This document shows, in pieces, positions 39,246 to 47,858 of a stretch of 64,000 nucleotides of DNA. The position numbers and the translations under genes are program-made. The first letter of the stretch is position 1. Every line of letters starts with the position of its first letter. This DNA comes from Minisyncoccota bacterium (GTDB lineage Bacteria; Patescibacteriota; Minisyncoccia; Phycocordibacterales; Phycocordibacteraceae). Under the pieces are notes generated by a model that was not told where the DNA came from, made no database searches, and saw only the letters and a program-made list of their open reading frames with translations. The DNA is taken from positions 122,426 to 186,425 of the forward strand of contig JAGOSG010000001.1 of the NCBI GenBank assembly GCA_018062445.1, given 5' to 3'.

Positions 39246-40649
39246 ATGTCTGACTTAGGAGAAAAGTGTGGCGTTTTTGGAGTTTATGGGAAAGGAATGG
39301 AGGCTGCGCGTCTCACCTTCTTCGGACTCTACGCCTTACAGCATCGAGGTCAAGAAAGCTCTGGGATTGCCACATCAAACGGAGAAACTATTTTCTGTCA
39401 TAAAAAAATGGGCCTCGTCGCTCAAGCGTTTGCCGAAAAAGACATTCAACGCCTCGTAGGTCACATTGCTGTTGGACATAACCGCTACTCAACTTCAAAA
39501 TCTTCACAGCTCAAACACTCGCAACCTACACATATAGAAGATGTTGGCCTCACCTTAGTACATAACGGCAACATTCCTTCAACTACTCTTCTTGAGAATT
39601 TCCTTGCTTCAAAAAATATTGCCTACAAAACACTTTCTGACTCTGAAATGATTGCAGAGGCCATTGCGGTCCATATGCGCGAAGGTTCTACTCTAGAAGA
39701 CGCTGTCCCAAAAACATTTCCCCTCCTTACAGGGGCATTTTCTATTCTATTAATGGATAAACATAACCTCGTCGCCATCAGAGATAATTACGGTATTCGT
39801 CCACTCTCTATAGGTACCTTAAATGGTGGGTTTGTTTTTTCATCGGAAACATGCGCATTCCATCCCATTGGAGCCGAGGAACTCCGTGATGTACGCCCTG
39901 GAGAAATGATTATAGTAAATGAGAGCGGTATGCGTTCTGTTCAAATTGCGATGGGCATTCAAAAGCTTGATATATTCGAATTCGTGTATTTTGCACGGCC
40001 AGACTCAGTACTTCTTGGCAAGTCAGTCTATGGTGTTCGTAAAAACTTTGGTATTGAACTTGCGAAAGAGTTTCCATTAGACGCTGATGTGATTATTCCA
40101 GTTCCAGAAACAGCAATGCCTGTTGCGATAGGCTACTCTCAAGCATTGGGGATTCCGCTTGAAACAGGGCTCATAAAAAATCGCTATATACACCGCACAT
40201 TCATTCAACCAGAACAACATATTCGTGAGCAGGGCGTAAAAATAAAACTCACCCCACTACCAGAGGTCATCAAAGGGAAGAAGGTTGTGGTCATAGATGA
40301 CTCAATAGTTCGCGGGACAACTTCTAGGCAAATTGTGCAAATGCTTTTCGAAGCAGGAGCGAAAGAAGTAAACTTCCTCGTCAGCTCACCTCCTGTACGA
40401 TTTCCTGATTTTTACGGTATTGATACACCAACCCAAAAAGAGCTCATTGGCGCACAAAAAACACCTGAAGAAATACGAGAATACCTTGGTGCAACACGAT
40501 TACACTTTCTTTCATATGACGGCTTGATTCGTGCAACAGGTCTACATCCCGATATGTTTTGCACTTCATGCTTCACTGGCGAATATCCAATAGATATTAA
40601 AGAGCGCGTCACTGAAATTCATTCACTTCCTACTGCGAAACTTTTTTGA
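39246..40649 (+). CDS. purF: amidophosphoribosyltransferase
   Basis: N-terminal Cys nucleophile (KCGVFGVYG), Ntn glutaminase domain and PRTase motif VVVIDDSIVRGTTSRQIV; 467 aa. Confidence 0.85.
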   Translation: MSDLGEKCGVFGVYGKGMEAARLTFFGLYALQHRGQESSGIATSNGETIFCHKKMGLVAQAFAEKDIQRLVGHIAVGHNRYSTSKSSQLKHSQPTHIEDVGLTLVHNGNIPSTTLLENFLASKNIAYKTLSDSEMIAEAIAVHMREGSTLEDAVPKTFPLLTGAFSILLMDKHNLVAIRDNYGIRPLSIGTLNGGFVFSSETCAFHPIGAEELRDVRPGEMIIVNESGMRSVQIAMGIQKLDIFEFVYFARPDSVLLGKSVYGVRKNFGIELAKEFPLDADVIIPVPETAMPVAIGYSQALGIPLETGLIKNRYIHRTFIQPEQHIREQGVKIKLTPLPEVIKGKKVVVIDDSIVRGTTSRQIVQMLFEAGAKEVNFLVSSPPVRFPDFYGIDTPTQKELIGAQKTPEEIREYLGATRLHFLSYDGLIRATGLHPDMFCTSCFTGEYPIDIKERVTEIHSLPTAKLF

Positions 40650-40691
40650 GTAGATTTGAGACGCAGAATTTACGACCCAAAAGATAAAAAC

Positions 40692-40739
40692 GCCATATCT
40701 TATAGGCATATTCGCACGAATATGCCTATAAGATATGGC
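40692..40739. terminator. 23-bp-stem perfect hairpin GCCATATCTTATAGGCATATTCG-cac-CGAATATGCCTATAAGATATGGC between convergent purF and the methyltransferase
   Basis: Seen directly; A-rich upstream, T-containing downstream. Confidence 0.55.
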
Positions 40740-40768
40740 AACGTTTACTATCGTTTCTAATAAAAAAA

Positions 40769-41674
40769 TCAATTAGACCACCTCGCAAAAATTCCTGCAG
40801 GCAATAGACGTCCACTACTCGACTCTTCAATAGTTAATTCTCCTAGCTCCACACCTCCGCCATTTTTTTCAATAATTGATTCTAGGTTGTGTGCAAACGC
40901 AAGCGATGAATACCCCGCAGCGTATCCGCTCACCAGTATGAATATAGGCTTGTCTGACAGAAGTGCTTTACAGAGTTTCATAAGCGTTAGAAAGTTCTCC
41001 TCGATTTTCCACAACTCATCTTTTGGTCCATGGCCAAAAGCAGGAGGATCCATAATAATCGCGTCGTAAGTATTCTTTCGCTTTGCTTCCCTCTCCACAA
41101 ACTTCATTACATCCTCCGTAACCCAACGAATTGGTTTTTCATTCAAACCAGAAAGTTTTGCATTCGCCTTTGCCCATTCAATCGCTGTTTTTGATGCATC
41201 AACATGTGTAACTTGCGCACCAGCTTTTGCGGCAGCGAGCGTTGCCCCACCTGTGTATGCGAAGAGGTTTAATACTTTAGGTGCCTGGTTCCAGCTGTCA
41301 GCTGTCAGCTTCTGCTGAATCCATTGCCAATTAGGAACCTGCTCTGGGAAAAGACCAGTATGCTTGAAAGAAGTAGGGCGAATAATAAAATTCAACTCAC
41401 CAAGTTCAATGTGCCATTCTTTTGGGAAATCCTTTCCGGTATGCCAATCACCTCCCTTTGTTTTGCGTTCGTACCACGCATCTGCTCGCTTCCACTCCTC
41501 ATCTCCTAGATGCTTCTCCCACAGTGCCTGCGGATCAGGCCGAGCCAGCACTATGTTCCCGTACCTTTCGAGCTTCTCTTCCCGACCAGAGTCAAGAAGT
41601 TCATAATCTTTAGAAGGCTTTGTCGTCAATATGCTGTGTAACATTTCCTCCATGCTACCCCATGAATGCACCAA
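40769..41674 (-). CDS. class I SAM-dependent rRNA methyltransferase (RlmI/YccW-like)
   Basis: VLNLFAYTGGATLAAAKAGA motif I, IIMDPPAF motif IV. Contains the in-frame dispersed repeat at 41283..41315. Confidence 0.7.
   Translation of the reverse strand: MVHSWGSMEEMLHSILTTKPSKDYELLDSGREEKLERYGNIVLARPDPQALWEKHLGDEEWKRADAWYERKTKGGDWHTGKDFPKEWHIELGELNFIIRPTSFKHTGLFPEQVPNWQWIQQKLTADSWNQAPKVLNLFAYTGGATLAAAKAGAQVTHVDASKTAIEWAKANAKLSGLNEKPIRWVTEDVMKFVEREAKRKNTYDAIIMDPPAFGHGPKDELWKIEENFLTLMKLCKALLSDKPIFILVSGYAAGYSSLAFAHNLESIIEKNGGGVELGELTIEESSSGRLLPAGIFARWSN
41283..41315. repeat. dispersed short-repeat family, copy R7, in-frame inside the RlmI-like CDS (encodes ..QQKLTADSWNQAP..)
   Basis: CTGGTTCCAGCTGTCAGCTGTCAGCTTCTGCTG; the ORF stays open through it. 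Confidence 0.6.
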
Positions 41675-41751
41675 TTGGTAGACATCTGGAAATAATTAAA
41701 TGAAAAAACATATGAACGGGATGTTTTGTCTCCTCATAAGTACATGACATT

Positions 41752-41793
41752 CTGTATAGTTTAATTTAACGTTCGTTAACTTAAACTATACAG
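41752..41793. repeat. 42-bp hairpin palindrome CTGTATAGTTTAATTTAACG-TT-CGTTAACTTAAACTATACAG (copy 3 of 3), in a divergent promoter region
   Basis: One arm mismatch; same outer CTGTATAG...CTATACAG ends as copies 1-2. Confidence 0.55.
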
Positions 41794-41825
41794 TCCGGAG
41801 AGAACAAAATAGCTATGTTACAGTA

Positions 41826-42602
41826 ATGAAAATCACCAATATGGACGAACCAGCGCTTACTATCAATAATCTCACAAAAACCTACGCGAGCGGAACGGTA
41901 GCACTCAGCGGTGTTTCTCTCACTATTCCCACGGGCGATTTCTTTGCACTTTTGGGTCCAAACGGGGCAGGTAAAACAACCATCATTGGTATTGTCACAG
42001 GGCTCGTAAACAAGACGAGTGGTGATATTAAGGTCTTTGGCGACGATGTAACCACAAACCCTGAGAAAGCAAAAACCCACATCGGACTTGTGGGGCAGGA
42101 AGTAAATTTCAATCCATTTGAAAAACCGTTCGACATTATAGTGAATCAAGCTGGCTATTACGGTATTCCCCGCTCTATTGCTATTCCACGAGCTGAAAAG
42201 CTATTAAAAGACCTTGGACTCCATGAGAAAAAAGACCAGCGTGCCATGGCGCTCTCTGGCGGAATGAAGAGACGTCTCATGATTGCACGAGCTCTTGTGC
42301 ATGAACCAAAGTTTTTGATTCTCGATGAACCAACAGCAGGCGTTGACGTTGAACTTCGCCGTAGCATGTGGGAGTACTTAAAAGGTCTAACCGCAAAAGG
42401 AGTAACTATTCTTTTAACAACACACTACCTTGAAGAAGCAGAGCAACTTTGCAAACATGTTGCCATAATAAACAAAGGCTCCATTGTTGCCTCAGGAACT
42501 ATGTCTGAAATTCTTGCTATGCATGACGACAATGACCCTAAAGATGGTGCGTACCGCGCAGGAAAACTCGAAGAAGTATTCATTAAACTCACGCAAAATT
42601 AA
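41826..42602 (+). CDS. ABC transporter ATP-binding protein
   Basis: Walker A LLGPNGAGKTT, signature LSGGMKRRL, Walker B ILDEPT. Confidence 0.85.
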   Translation: MKITNMDEPALTINNLTKTYASGTVALSGVSLTIPTGDFFALLGPNGAGKTTIIGIVTGLVNKTSGDIKVFGDDVTTNPEKAKTHIGLVGQEVNFNPFEKPFDIIVNQAGYYGIPRSIAIPRAEKLLKDLGLHEKKDQRAMALSGGMKRRLMIARALVHEPKFLILDEPTAGVDVELRRSMWEYLKGLTAKGVTILLTTHYLEEAEQLCKHVAIINKGSIVASGTMSEILAMHDDNDPKDGAYRAGKLEEVFIKLTQN

Positions 42603-42603
42603 C

Positions 42604-43380
42604 ATGCCACTCAAAAGCACCTGGACATCCTTTTACACGATCCTCCGTAAAGATGTCGTACGAATCTTTCGAATATGGCCACAAACATTTCTTCCATCTA
42701 TCGTTACTTCGGTCCTTTACTTTTTAGTATTCGGCACCATTATTGGATCCCAGCTTGGAGATTTTAACGGCGTTTCATATATACACTTCATTATCCCAGG
42801 GCTTGTTCTGCTTGCCGTGGTAACAAACGCATTCACTAATACTGCATCAACATTCTTTCAAGCAAAGTTCTTCTCACGAAATATCGATGAAATTCTCGTC
42901 TCTCCAACTCCACCATGGGTCATCATTGGTGGATTTGTTGCTGGAGGAATGGTGCGTGGCATTTTAGTGGGACTCCTCGTTCTTACTGTGTCAGTATTCT
43001 TCGCGCTTCCTCCTCTCATGCATCCTTTTGTAATCTTACTCTTCCTCATCCTCTCTAGCATGATCTTTGCTTTAGCAGGGCTAGTGAACGGCATCTACGC
43101 AAAAAGCTTTGATGGCATTACCATAATCCCCACTTTCGTCCTCACGCCACTCATTTACTTAGGTGGTGTTTTCTACTCAGTTGCGTCATTACCTGCAATT
43201 TTTAAAGGCTTCACACTCGTCAATCCAATTTTCTATCTCGTTAATGGTTTCCGTTATGGGTTCTTAGGATTTTCCGATGTGTCTCTGTCGCTTTCAATTA
43301 GTGTCCTCCTTCTACTTGCTACTATCCTCATTGCAATCAATTGGTATCTCCTCCGAACAGGCCTTGGACTGAAACAGTAA
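42604..43380 (+). CDS. ABC-2 type transporter permease
   Basis: 6 TM; start set at MPLKSTW immediately after the ATPase stop. Confidence 0.7.
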   Translation: MPLKSTWTSFYTILRKDVVRIFRIWPQTFLPSIVTSVLYFLVFGTIIGSQLGDFNGVSYIHFIIPGLVLLAVVTNAFTNTASTFFQAKFFSRNIDEILVSPTPPWVIIGGFVAGGMVRGILVGLLVLTVSVFFALPPLMHPFVILLFLILSSMIFALAGLVNGIYAKSFDGITIIPTFVLTPLIYLGGVFYSVASLPAIFKGFTLVNPIFYLVNGFRYGFLGFSDVSLSLSISVLLLLATILIAINWYLLRTGLGLKQ

Positions 43381-43411
43381 GCGGCGCCCTTGATACACCA
43401 CCAACAACTAC

Positions 43412-43816
43412 ATGCATTGGAAGTCTTTCTATCGTCTTATCCGCTATGTTGTAGTTGGTGTTTCAACATTCCTCATCGACCTCGTTATTCTCTTTGCGCT
43501 CACCAAATTTTTTAGCGTTCCATACACCTACGCTGTCGCCATAGGATTTATTATTGGTATCAGCCTTAACTACGCAATCTCACGATCGTGGGTATTTCGC
43601 GGAACCGAGAGACATATCCATCACGGATATGTCTATTTTTTAGGTGGAGGACTAGTAAGTCTGACTGCAATACTCACATTAGTTGCTGTCTTTGTAGAGC
43701 GCTTTGGTATACCACTCATCTTCGCCCGTATAGTAGTTTCAGGAATTGTGGGATGTGGTAATTACCTCTTTAACCTCTATCTCAATTTCAAAGTAGTAGG
43801 AAAACATATACACTAG
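43412..43816 (+). CDS. GtrA-family membrane protein
   Basis: RYVVVGVSTFLIDLVILFALTKFF N-terminal motif; 4 TM, 134 aa. Confidence 0.7.
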   Translation: MHWKSFYRLIRYVVVGVSTFLIDLVILFALTKFFSVPYTYAVAIGFIIGISLNYAISRSWVFRGTERHIHHGYVYFLGGGLVSLTAILTLVAVFVERFGIPLIFARIVVSGIVGCGNYLFNLYLNFKVVGKHIH

Positions 43817-43828
43817 ACACACAACCTT

Positions 43829-44425
43829 ATGCTCCCAGACCTTTCATCCCTCATACAAACCTTCGGCTACATTGGCATCGTGGCAGTAGTATTCGCAGAA
43901 TCCGGACTTTTCTTTGGATTCTTTTTACCTGGCGACAGTCTTCTCTTCACAGCAGGATTTCTGGCATCGCAAGGATTTCTCAACATTTTTATTCTTATTG
44001 CACTTACCACAACAGCGGCTATTGCTGGCGACTCAGTGGGATACTGGTTCGGGAAAAAAGTGGGACCTTTTATATTTTCACGACCTGATTCATTTTGGTT
44101 CAGCCATAAGCGTGTTGAAGATGCCAGCGCATTCTTTGCTAAACATGGTCCAAAAAGTCTGGTGCTCGCACGGTTCATACCAGCAGTACGTACCTTCACG
44201 CCAATTCTTGCAGGAGTGGGTCAAATGAATTACCGCACTTTTCTTACCTACAATGTTATTGGTGGTGTGCTTTGGGGTACGGGCCTTCCTATTCTTGGGT
44301 ACTTCCTGGGGCGCCTCGTTCCCCACCCCGACCGCTACATTATCCCCATTGTTCTTATTATTGTCGTCGTTTCAATGCTTCCCATACTTCGAGAGGTTTT
44401 TCGCAAGAAAAAAAGCATTTCTTAA
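43829..44425 (+). CDS. DedA/VTT-domain membrane protein
   Basis: GYIGIVAVVFAESGLFFGFFLPGDSLLFTAGFLAS matches the DedA core. Confidence 0.75.
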   Translation: MLPDLSSLIQTFGYIGIVAVVFAESGLFFGFFLPGDSLLFTAGFLASQGFLNIFILIALTTTAAIAGDSVGYWFGKKVGPFIFSRPDSFWFSHKRVEDASAFFAKHGPKSLVLARFIPAVRTFTPILAGVGQMNYRTFLTYNVIGGVLWGTGLPILGYFLGRLVPHPDRYIIPIVLIIVVVSMLPILREVFRKKKSIS

Positions 44426-44597
44426 GTTACCCACAAGGGACTTCTCTGCATTGCTTTTATGTGACTTTCGTGTCATCATAGTGGTAAGGGTACGATTGTC
44501 TTCAACTCTCCATGGAAGCGCTCACGGAAGGCGCTTAAAAGGTTAGGCTAAGCATCAAGCTCTTGCATTAATTAGGTTAGTATAGAAAAAAAATATT

Positions 44598-44921
44598 GTG
44601 GCTAAGAAATTATATTTCGGTGGCTTGTCTTACGACACCACTGATGACAGTTTAAAAGCAGCTTGTGACCAATTTGGCGCCGTAACATCTGCAAAGGTGA
44701 TCATGGACCGCGAAACAGGTCGCTCACGAGGTTTCGGTTTCGTCGAAATGTCTTCGGACGATGAGGCGATGGCAGTTATCTCAGGGCTTGATGGTAAAGA
44801 TGTTGATGGACGCACCGTTCGCGTTTCTGAGGCTCGTCCTCAGGAAGAGGGTGGTGGCAACCGTGGCGGTGGAAACCGTGGCGGAGGTTTTGGTGGCGGA
44901 GACCGCCGAAACAGCTGGTAA
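44598..44921 (+). CDS. RRM-domain RNA-binding protein with glycine/arginine-rich tail (GTG start)
   Basis: RNP-2 LYFGGL and RNP-1 RGFGFVEM; C-terminal GGNRGGG repeats. Confidence 0.75.
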   Translation: MAKKLYFGGLSYDTTDDSLKAACDQFGAVTSAKVIMDRETGRSRGFGFVEMSSDDEAMAVISGLDGKDVDGRTVRVSEARPQEEGGGNRGGGNRGGGFGGGDRRNSW

Positions 44922-44941
44922 TTGAAGTAATTCATTACACT

Positions 44942-44981
44942 CAAAAAAGACCTGAGCATTCCGAGCTCAGGTCTTTTTTAT
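44942..44981. terminator. intrinsic terminator AAAAAAGACCTGAGC-attccga-GCTCAGGTCTTTTTTATTG
   Basis: 9-bp stem plus a 6-T run. Confidence 0.7.
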
Positions 44982-45052
44982 TGTCCTTTTGATACAAGAG
45001 TATCTTCTCTCCCCTACTCCGATTAATCGGAGTAGTTGTTCCAAGTATGGAG

Positions 45053-45643
45053 CTAGTCGCCTTCAAATTTTTCCGCACCAGAACACCCTGGGAAGCCAAG
45101 GTTCTTTCCAGAATAAAATTCATTCACGAAATACGGTATATTCACATCAGCAACAAGGGTGCAAACATCAGCATTAGAAATACCAAGCTTTTCTATAAGA
45201 TTCTTAGTTGCACTTCTTCGCACTTCACCTATAGGCTCTTTAAGAATCACCACAATAAAAAATGTACCTTCGGGAGAATAAAAAATTTCATAGGTGGATT
45301 CAGCGCTAGTAGTCGCGACTTCTGAATTAGGAAACCACGATAAAAAAGAACTCGGTGGTGTGGTAGAGGCAACGCCAATATCTTTCGTAAAATCTCGAAC
45401 GAATATAGACCCATCATTACTGCTCGCTATTTCAAGAGTGTTTTGAGATGGCTTCCTTGTATTCCCTACAACTGGTGTGTTGCTACCCACTTGAGAATTA
45501 GTACCAGGAAGAGTGTTGATAGGTGAAGTGCCATTTGGTCGAGGGGTCGGCACTTGTGCAAGAAAATACAAAGTTCCCGTAAACCCTATGAGAGCGAGAG
45601 TTGCTACAGCGAGAACTAAGGTGAGTATGTTTTGTCGGTTCAT
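45053..45643 (-). CDS. hypothetical secreted protein with Thr/Pro-rich linker
   Basis: N-terminal anchor MNRQNILTLVLAVATLALIGF; low-complexity linker; C-terminal globular region. Confidence 0.45.
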   Translation of the reverse strand: MNRQNILTLVLAVATLALIGFTGTLYFLAQVPTPRPNGTSPINTLPGTNSQVGSNTPVVGNTRKPSQNTLEIASSNDGSIFVRDFTKDIGVASTTPPSSFLSWFPNSEVATTSAESTYEIFYSPEGTFFIVVILKEPIGEVRRSATKNLIEKLGISNADVCTLVADVNIPYFVNEFYSGKNLGFPGCSGAEKFEGD

Positions 45644-45657
45644 GTTTTTATTAAAAA

Positions 45658-46644
45658 TTAGAATATGCAGAGATGGCCTCGGACTGCTTCTATATCCCAG
45701 TGAGGCCCACCCCCAGACACCCCTGGACGCGGTCTCTCACGGGCATACTTATTTCCACAACTATCTCTATATACTTGTGCTTCCTGCGAACCCCATCGGA
45801 CCCATTGCCCACCATAGAGAGGAGTGAAAATATTTGGATTATTACTCTGAATGCAAGCATTAAGAGTTGGGTTAAGGCGAACATCCGCTTTGAAGCCGGA
45901 ACCATGAGCACCGCCACGGTTTCCATCGCTACCAATTGCTGCAGAAGTCACAGTAAATTGAGTTCCGCACAATCTGTGAAGTTGGATCAACTGATCGACA
46001 GTTTGCATGCGTATACCTGCAAGTGAGGCACCAGATGTACAGGGGACAGCGCCTCCACATACGCCCCCCTGTTCTAATGTGCGTATCGCTGCAGCACTGG
46101 TTCGGTACACACCTCCTACTGATGCCGTTGGAGAAGGTTGTCCCGGTCCTCCTCGTGTACCACCCGTCACTCGTGGACGAGGTGCTTGTGCACCAGGTGC
46201 ATCAGGAAACGCGCCAGACACAGGAGCAGAAATACAATCAATGTGAGTCCAGATGGTAATACTTTTCCCCGTCAACACCGAAAAAGTAATATTAACCAGA
46301 AGCCATGCGGTAAGCACAATACATAAGCCGACAAACACATTAATAAACACGCCGTGCGCTTTCTTTACTTGATCTGGCTTGCTTGCTGCGGTTACATACA
46401 GAATACCTGCATAAGCAAACATGAGGGTTGCAACAATAACAGAGAAGGCAACAGCGAAGTTAATGACATTGTTTGCAAGTTCGGAAAGATCACACGCCCT
46501 ACACTCTGCTCCCTCACATTGAGGAACTAATCCCCCACCGCTCCCACTTAAGAGTGCTGAAGGGTCTTGCTGAACTGCAGCAAATGCCACGAGTGGCATG
46601 AAAAATACTATCGGAAGAAGAAGTATCAGTATCTTTCTCATCAC
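45658..46644 (-). CDS. membrane protein with VirB2/TrbC-like N-terminal topology (signal peptide plus two TM helices) fused to a Gly/Pro-rich linker and a Cys-containing C-terminal domain
   Basis: Signal peptide, then NNVINFAVAFSVIVATLMFAYAGILYV / loop / VFINVFVGLCIVLTAWLLVNITFSVL; topology resemblance only. Confidence 0.4.
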   Translation of the reverse strand: MMRKILILLLPIVFFMPLVAFAAVQQDPSALLSGSGGGLVPQCEGAECRACDLSELANNVINFAVAFSVIVATLMFAYAGILYVTAASKPDQVKKAHGVFINVFVGLCIVLTAWLLVNITFSVLTGKSITIWTHIDCISAPVSGAFPDAPGAQAPRPRVTGGTRGGPGQPSPTASVGGVYRTSAAAIRTLEQGGVCGGAVPCTSGASLAGIRMQTVDQLIQLHRLCGTQFTVTSAAIGSDGNRGGAHGSGFKADVRLNPTLNACIQSNNPNIFTPLYGGQWVRWGSQEAQVYRDSCGNKYARERPRPGVSGGGPHWDIEAVRGHLCIF

Positions 46645-46768
46645 ACAATGAGTATACCCTTGAAAAAATCTCCTCGACCTCTATATATGGTTGTGTACGA
46701 GACCTCTCCACACCTCGAAGAACCACATATTGACTTTCCTCAGAGGAAGCACATGATTCAGTGAAGTA

Positions 46769-47284
46769 GTGCATGATTATTGGTTTTCTAAAAAGAAATT
46801 GAAACATATGGATCGAGATCCAAAACCATCTTTTACAAAAAAAGCCAAGGGAGTAGGACTCGCGTTCTTAGGAGCTCTTTCGCTTGGTGGCTTTGCGGGT
46901 GATGCGGGGGCGCAGACGCAAGGGCGTCCTCTAAGCCCAGCAGAGCGATCTACACGTGAATATCAGCGCTTCAGTGCGAATAACCAAGCGGCAGCTAGAC
47001 GATCACAAGAGGCAATAAGTAGGATGGCTAGGAGACAAGCAGTTTATTGCGAGCAACTTAGACAGCAAGTAGAAAGGGATGGTTATACTGCGACCCAAAG
47101 AAGAGTAGGCGGTTCGTCATTCGCTTCGTGCAATATACGGCAATAGATCGCAAAAGAAGCAGAGAGCCCAGCAAATAGAGCATGCAGAGAAGTTGAATTT
47201 GCGAAACTAAAGAAAGAGGAGGACGAACTTTTTAGGTACTGTGAGAGCGTGAACTTCGCAGGTGAGAGATGCCGTGGTTTATAG
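46769..47284 (+). pseudogene. small secreted Cys-containing protein, paralog of 47303..47728, interrupted by an in-frame TAG at 47144..47146
   Basis: After the TAG the same frame continues IAKEAESPANRACREVEFAKLKKEEDELFRYCESVNFAGERCRGL, which aligns with the paralog C-terminus AAESPADRARRQAQDAKRQKEEDELIRYCVSVNYVGERCSGM. Confidence 0.5.
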
Positions 47285-47302
47285 AACTTACAATAAACTA
47301 AA

Positions 47303-47728
47303 ATGGGATCAAGATACGAAGGCCGGCATGATACTCAAAAGAAACCTCGGGGTGCAGCATTGCTCGCAGCTATTACCCTCGGCTTTGCAGGTGATGCGGG
47401 GGCGCAAGATGCACCACGAAGATCTTGGGAATATGGAGATATGAGTCCTACAGATGCAGCATACTGCCGAAGAGCGGCAGAAACGGAAACTAGAGTGGCA
47501 AGAGAAGGTAGGCATCCCAATATGGGTAACTTGTGTAGTTTTTATGATTTACCTGCGGATTTACGTTCAAGAGATGAGGCGTTGTATGCCAGAGAAGCTG
47601 CAGCAGAGAGCCCAGCAGATAGAGCCCGAAGACAAGCTCAAGATGCGAAAAGGCAGAAAGAAGAGGATGAACTTATTAGGTACTGCGTAAGCGTGAACTA
47701 TGTAGGCGAGAGGTGCAGTGGTATGTAA
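47303..47728 (+). CDS. small secreted Cys-containing protein (paralog family; signal ..LGFAGDAGAQ)
   Basis: Shares signal-peptide and C-terminal EDEL(I/F)RYC.SVN..GERC motifs with the upstream gene. Confidence 0.5.
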   Translation: MGSRYEGRHDTQKKPRGAALLAAITLGFAGDAGAQDAPRRSWEYGDMSPTDAAYCRRAAETETRVAREGRHPNMGNLCSFYDLPADLRSRDEALYAREAAAESPADRARRQAQDAKRQKEEDELIRYCVSVNYVGERCSGM

Positions 47729-47858
47729 AACTTTAATTACTTACTGCTTCTAAGCTCCCTAGATTTTCTAAAGGTGATTTGATATATCATATCGCTCTAA
47801 CCTAGTGGGTTACAGAATATTCTGCACTCAATGAATACTCACAATCCTTGCTTGCTGT

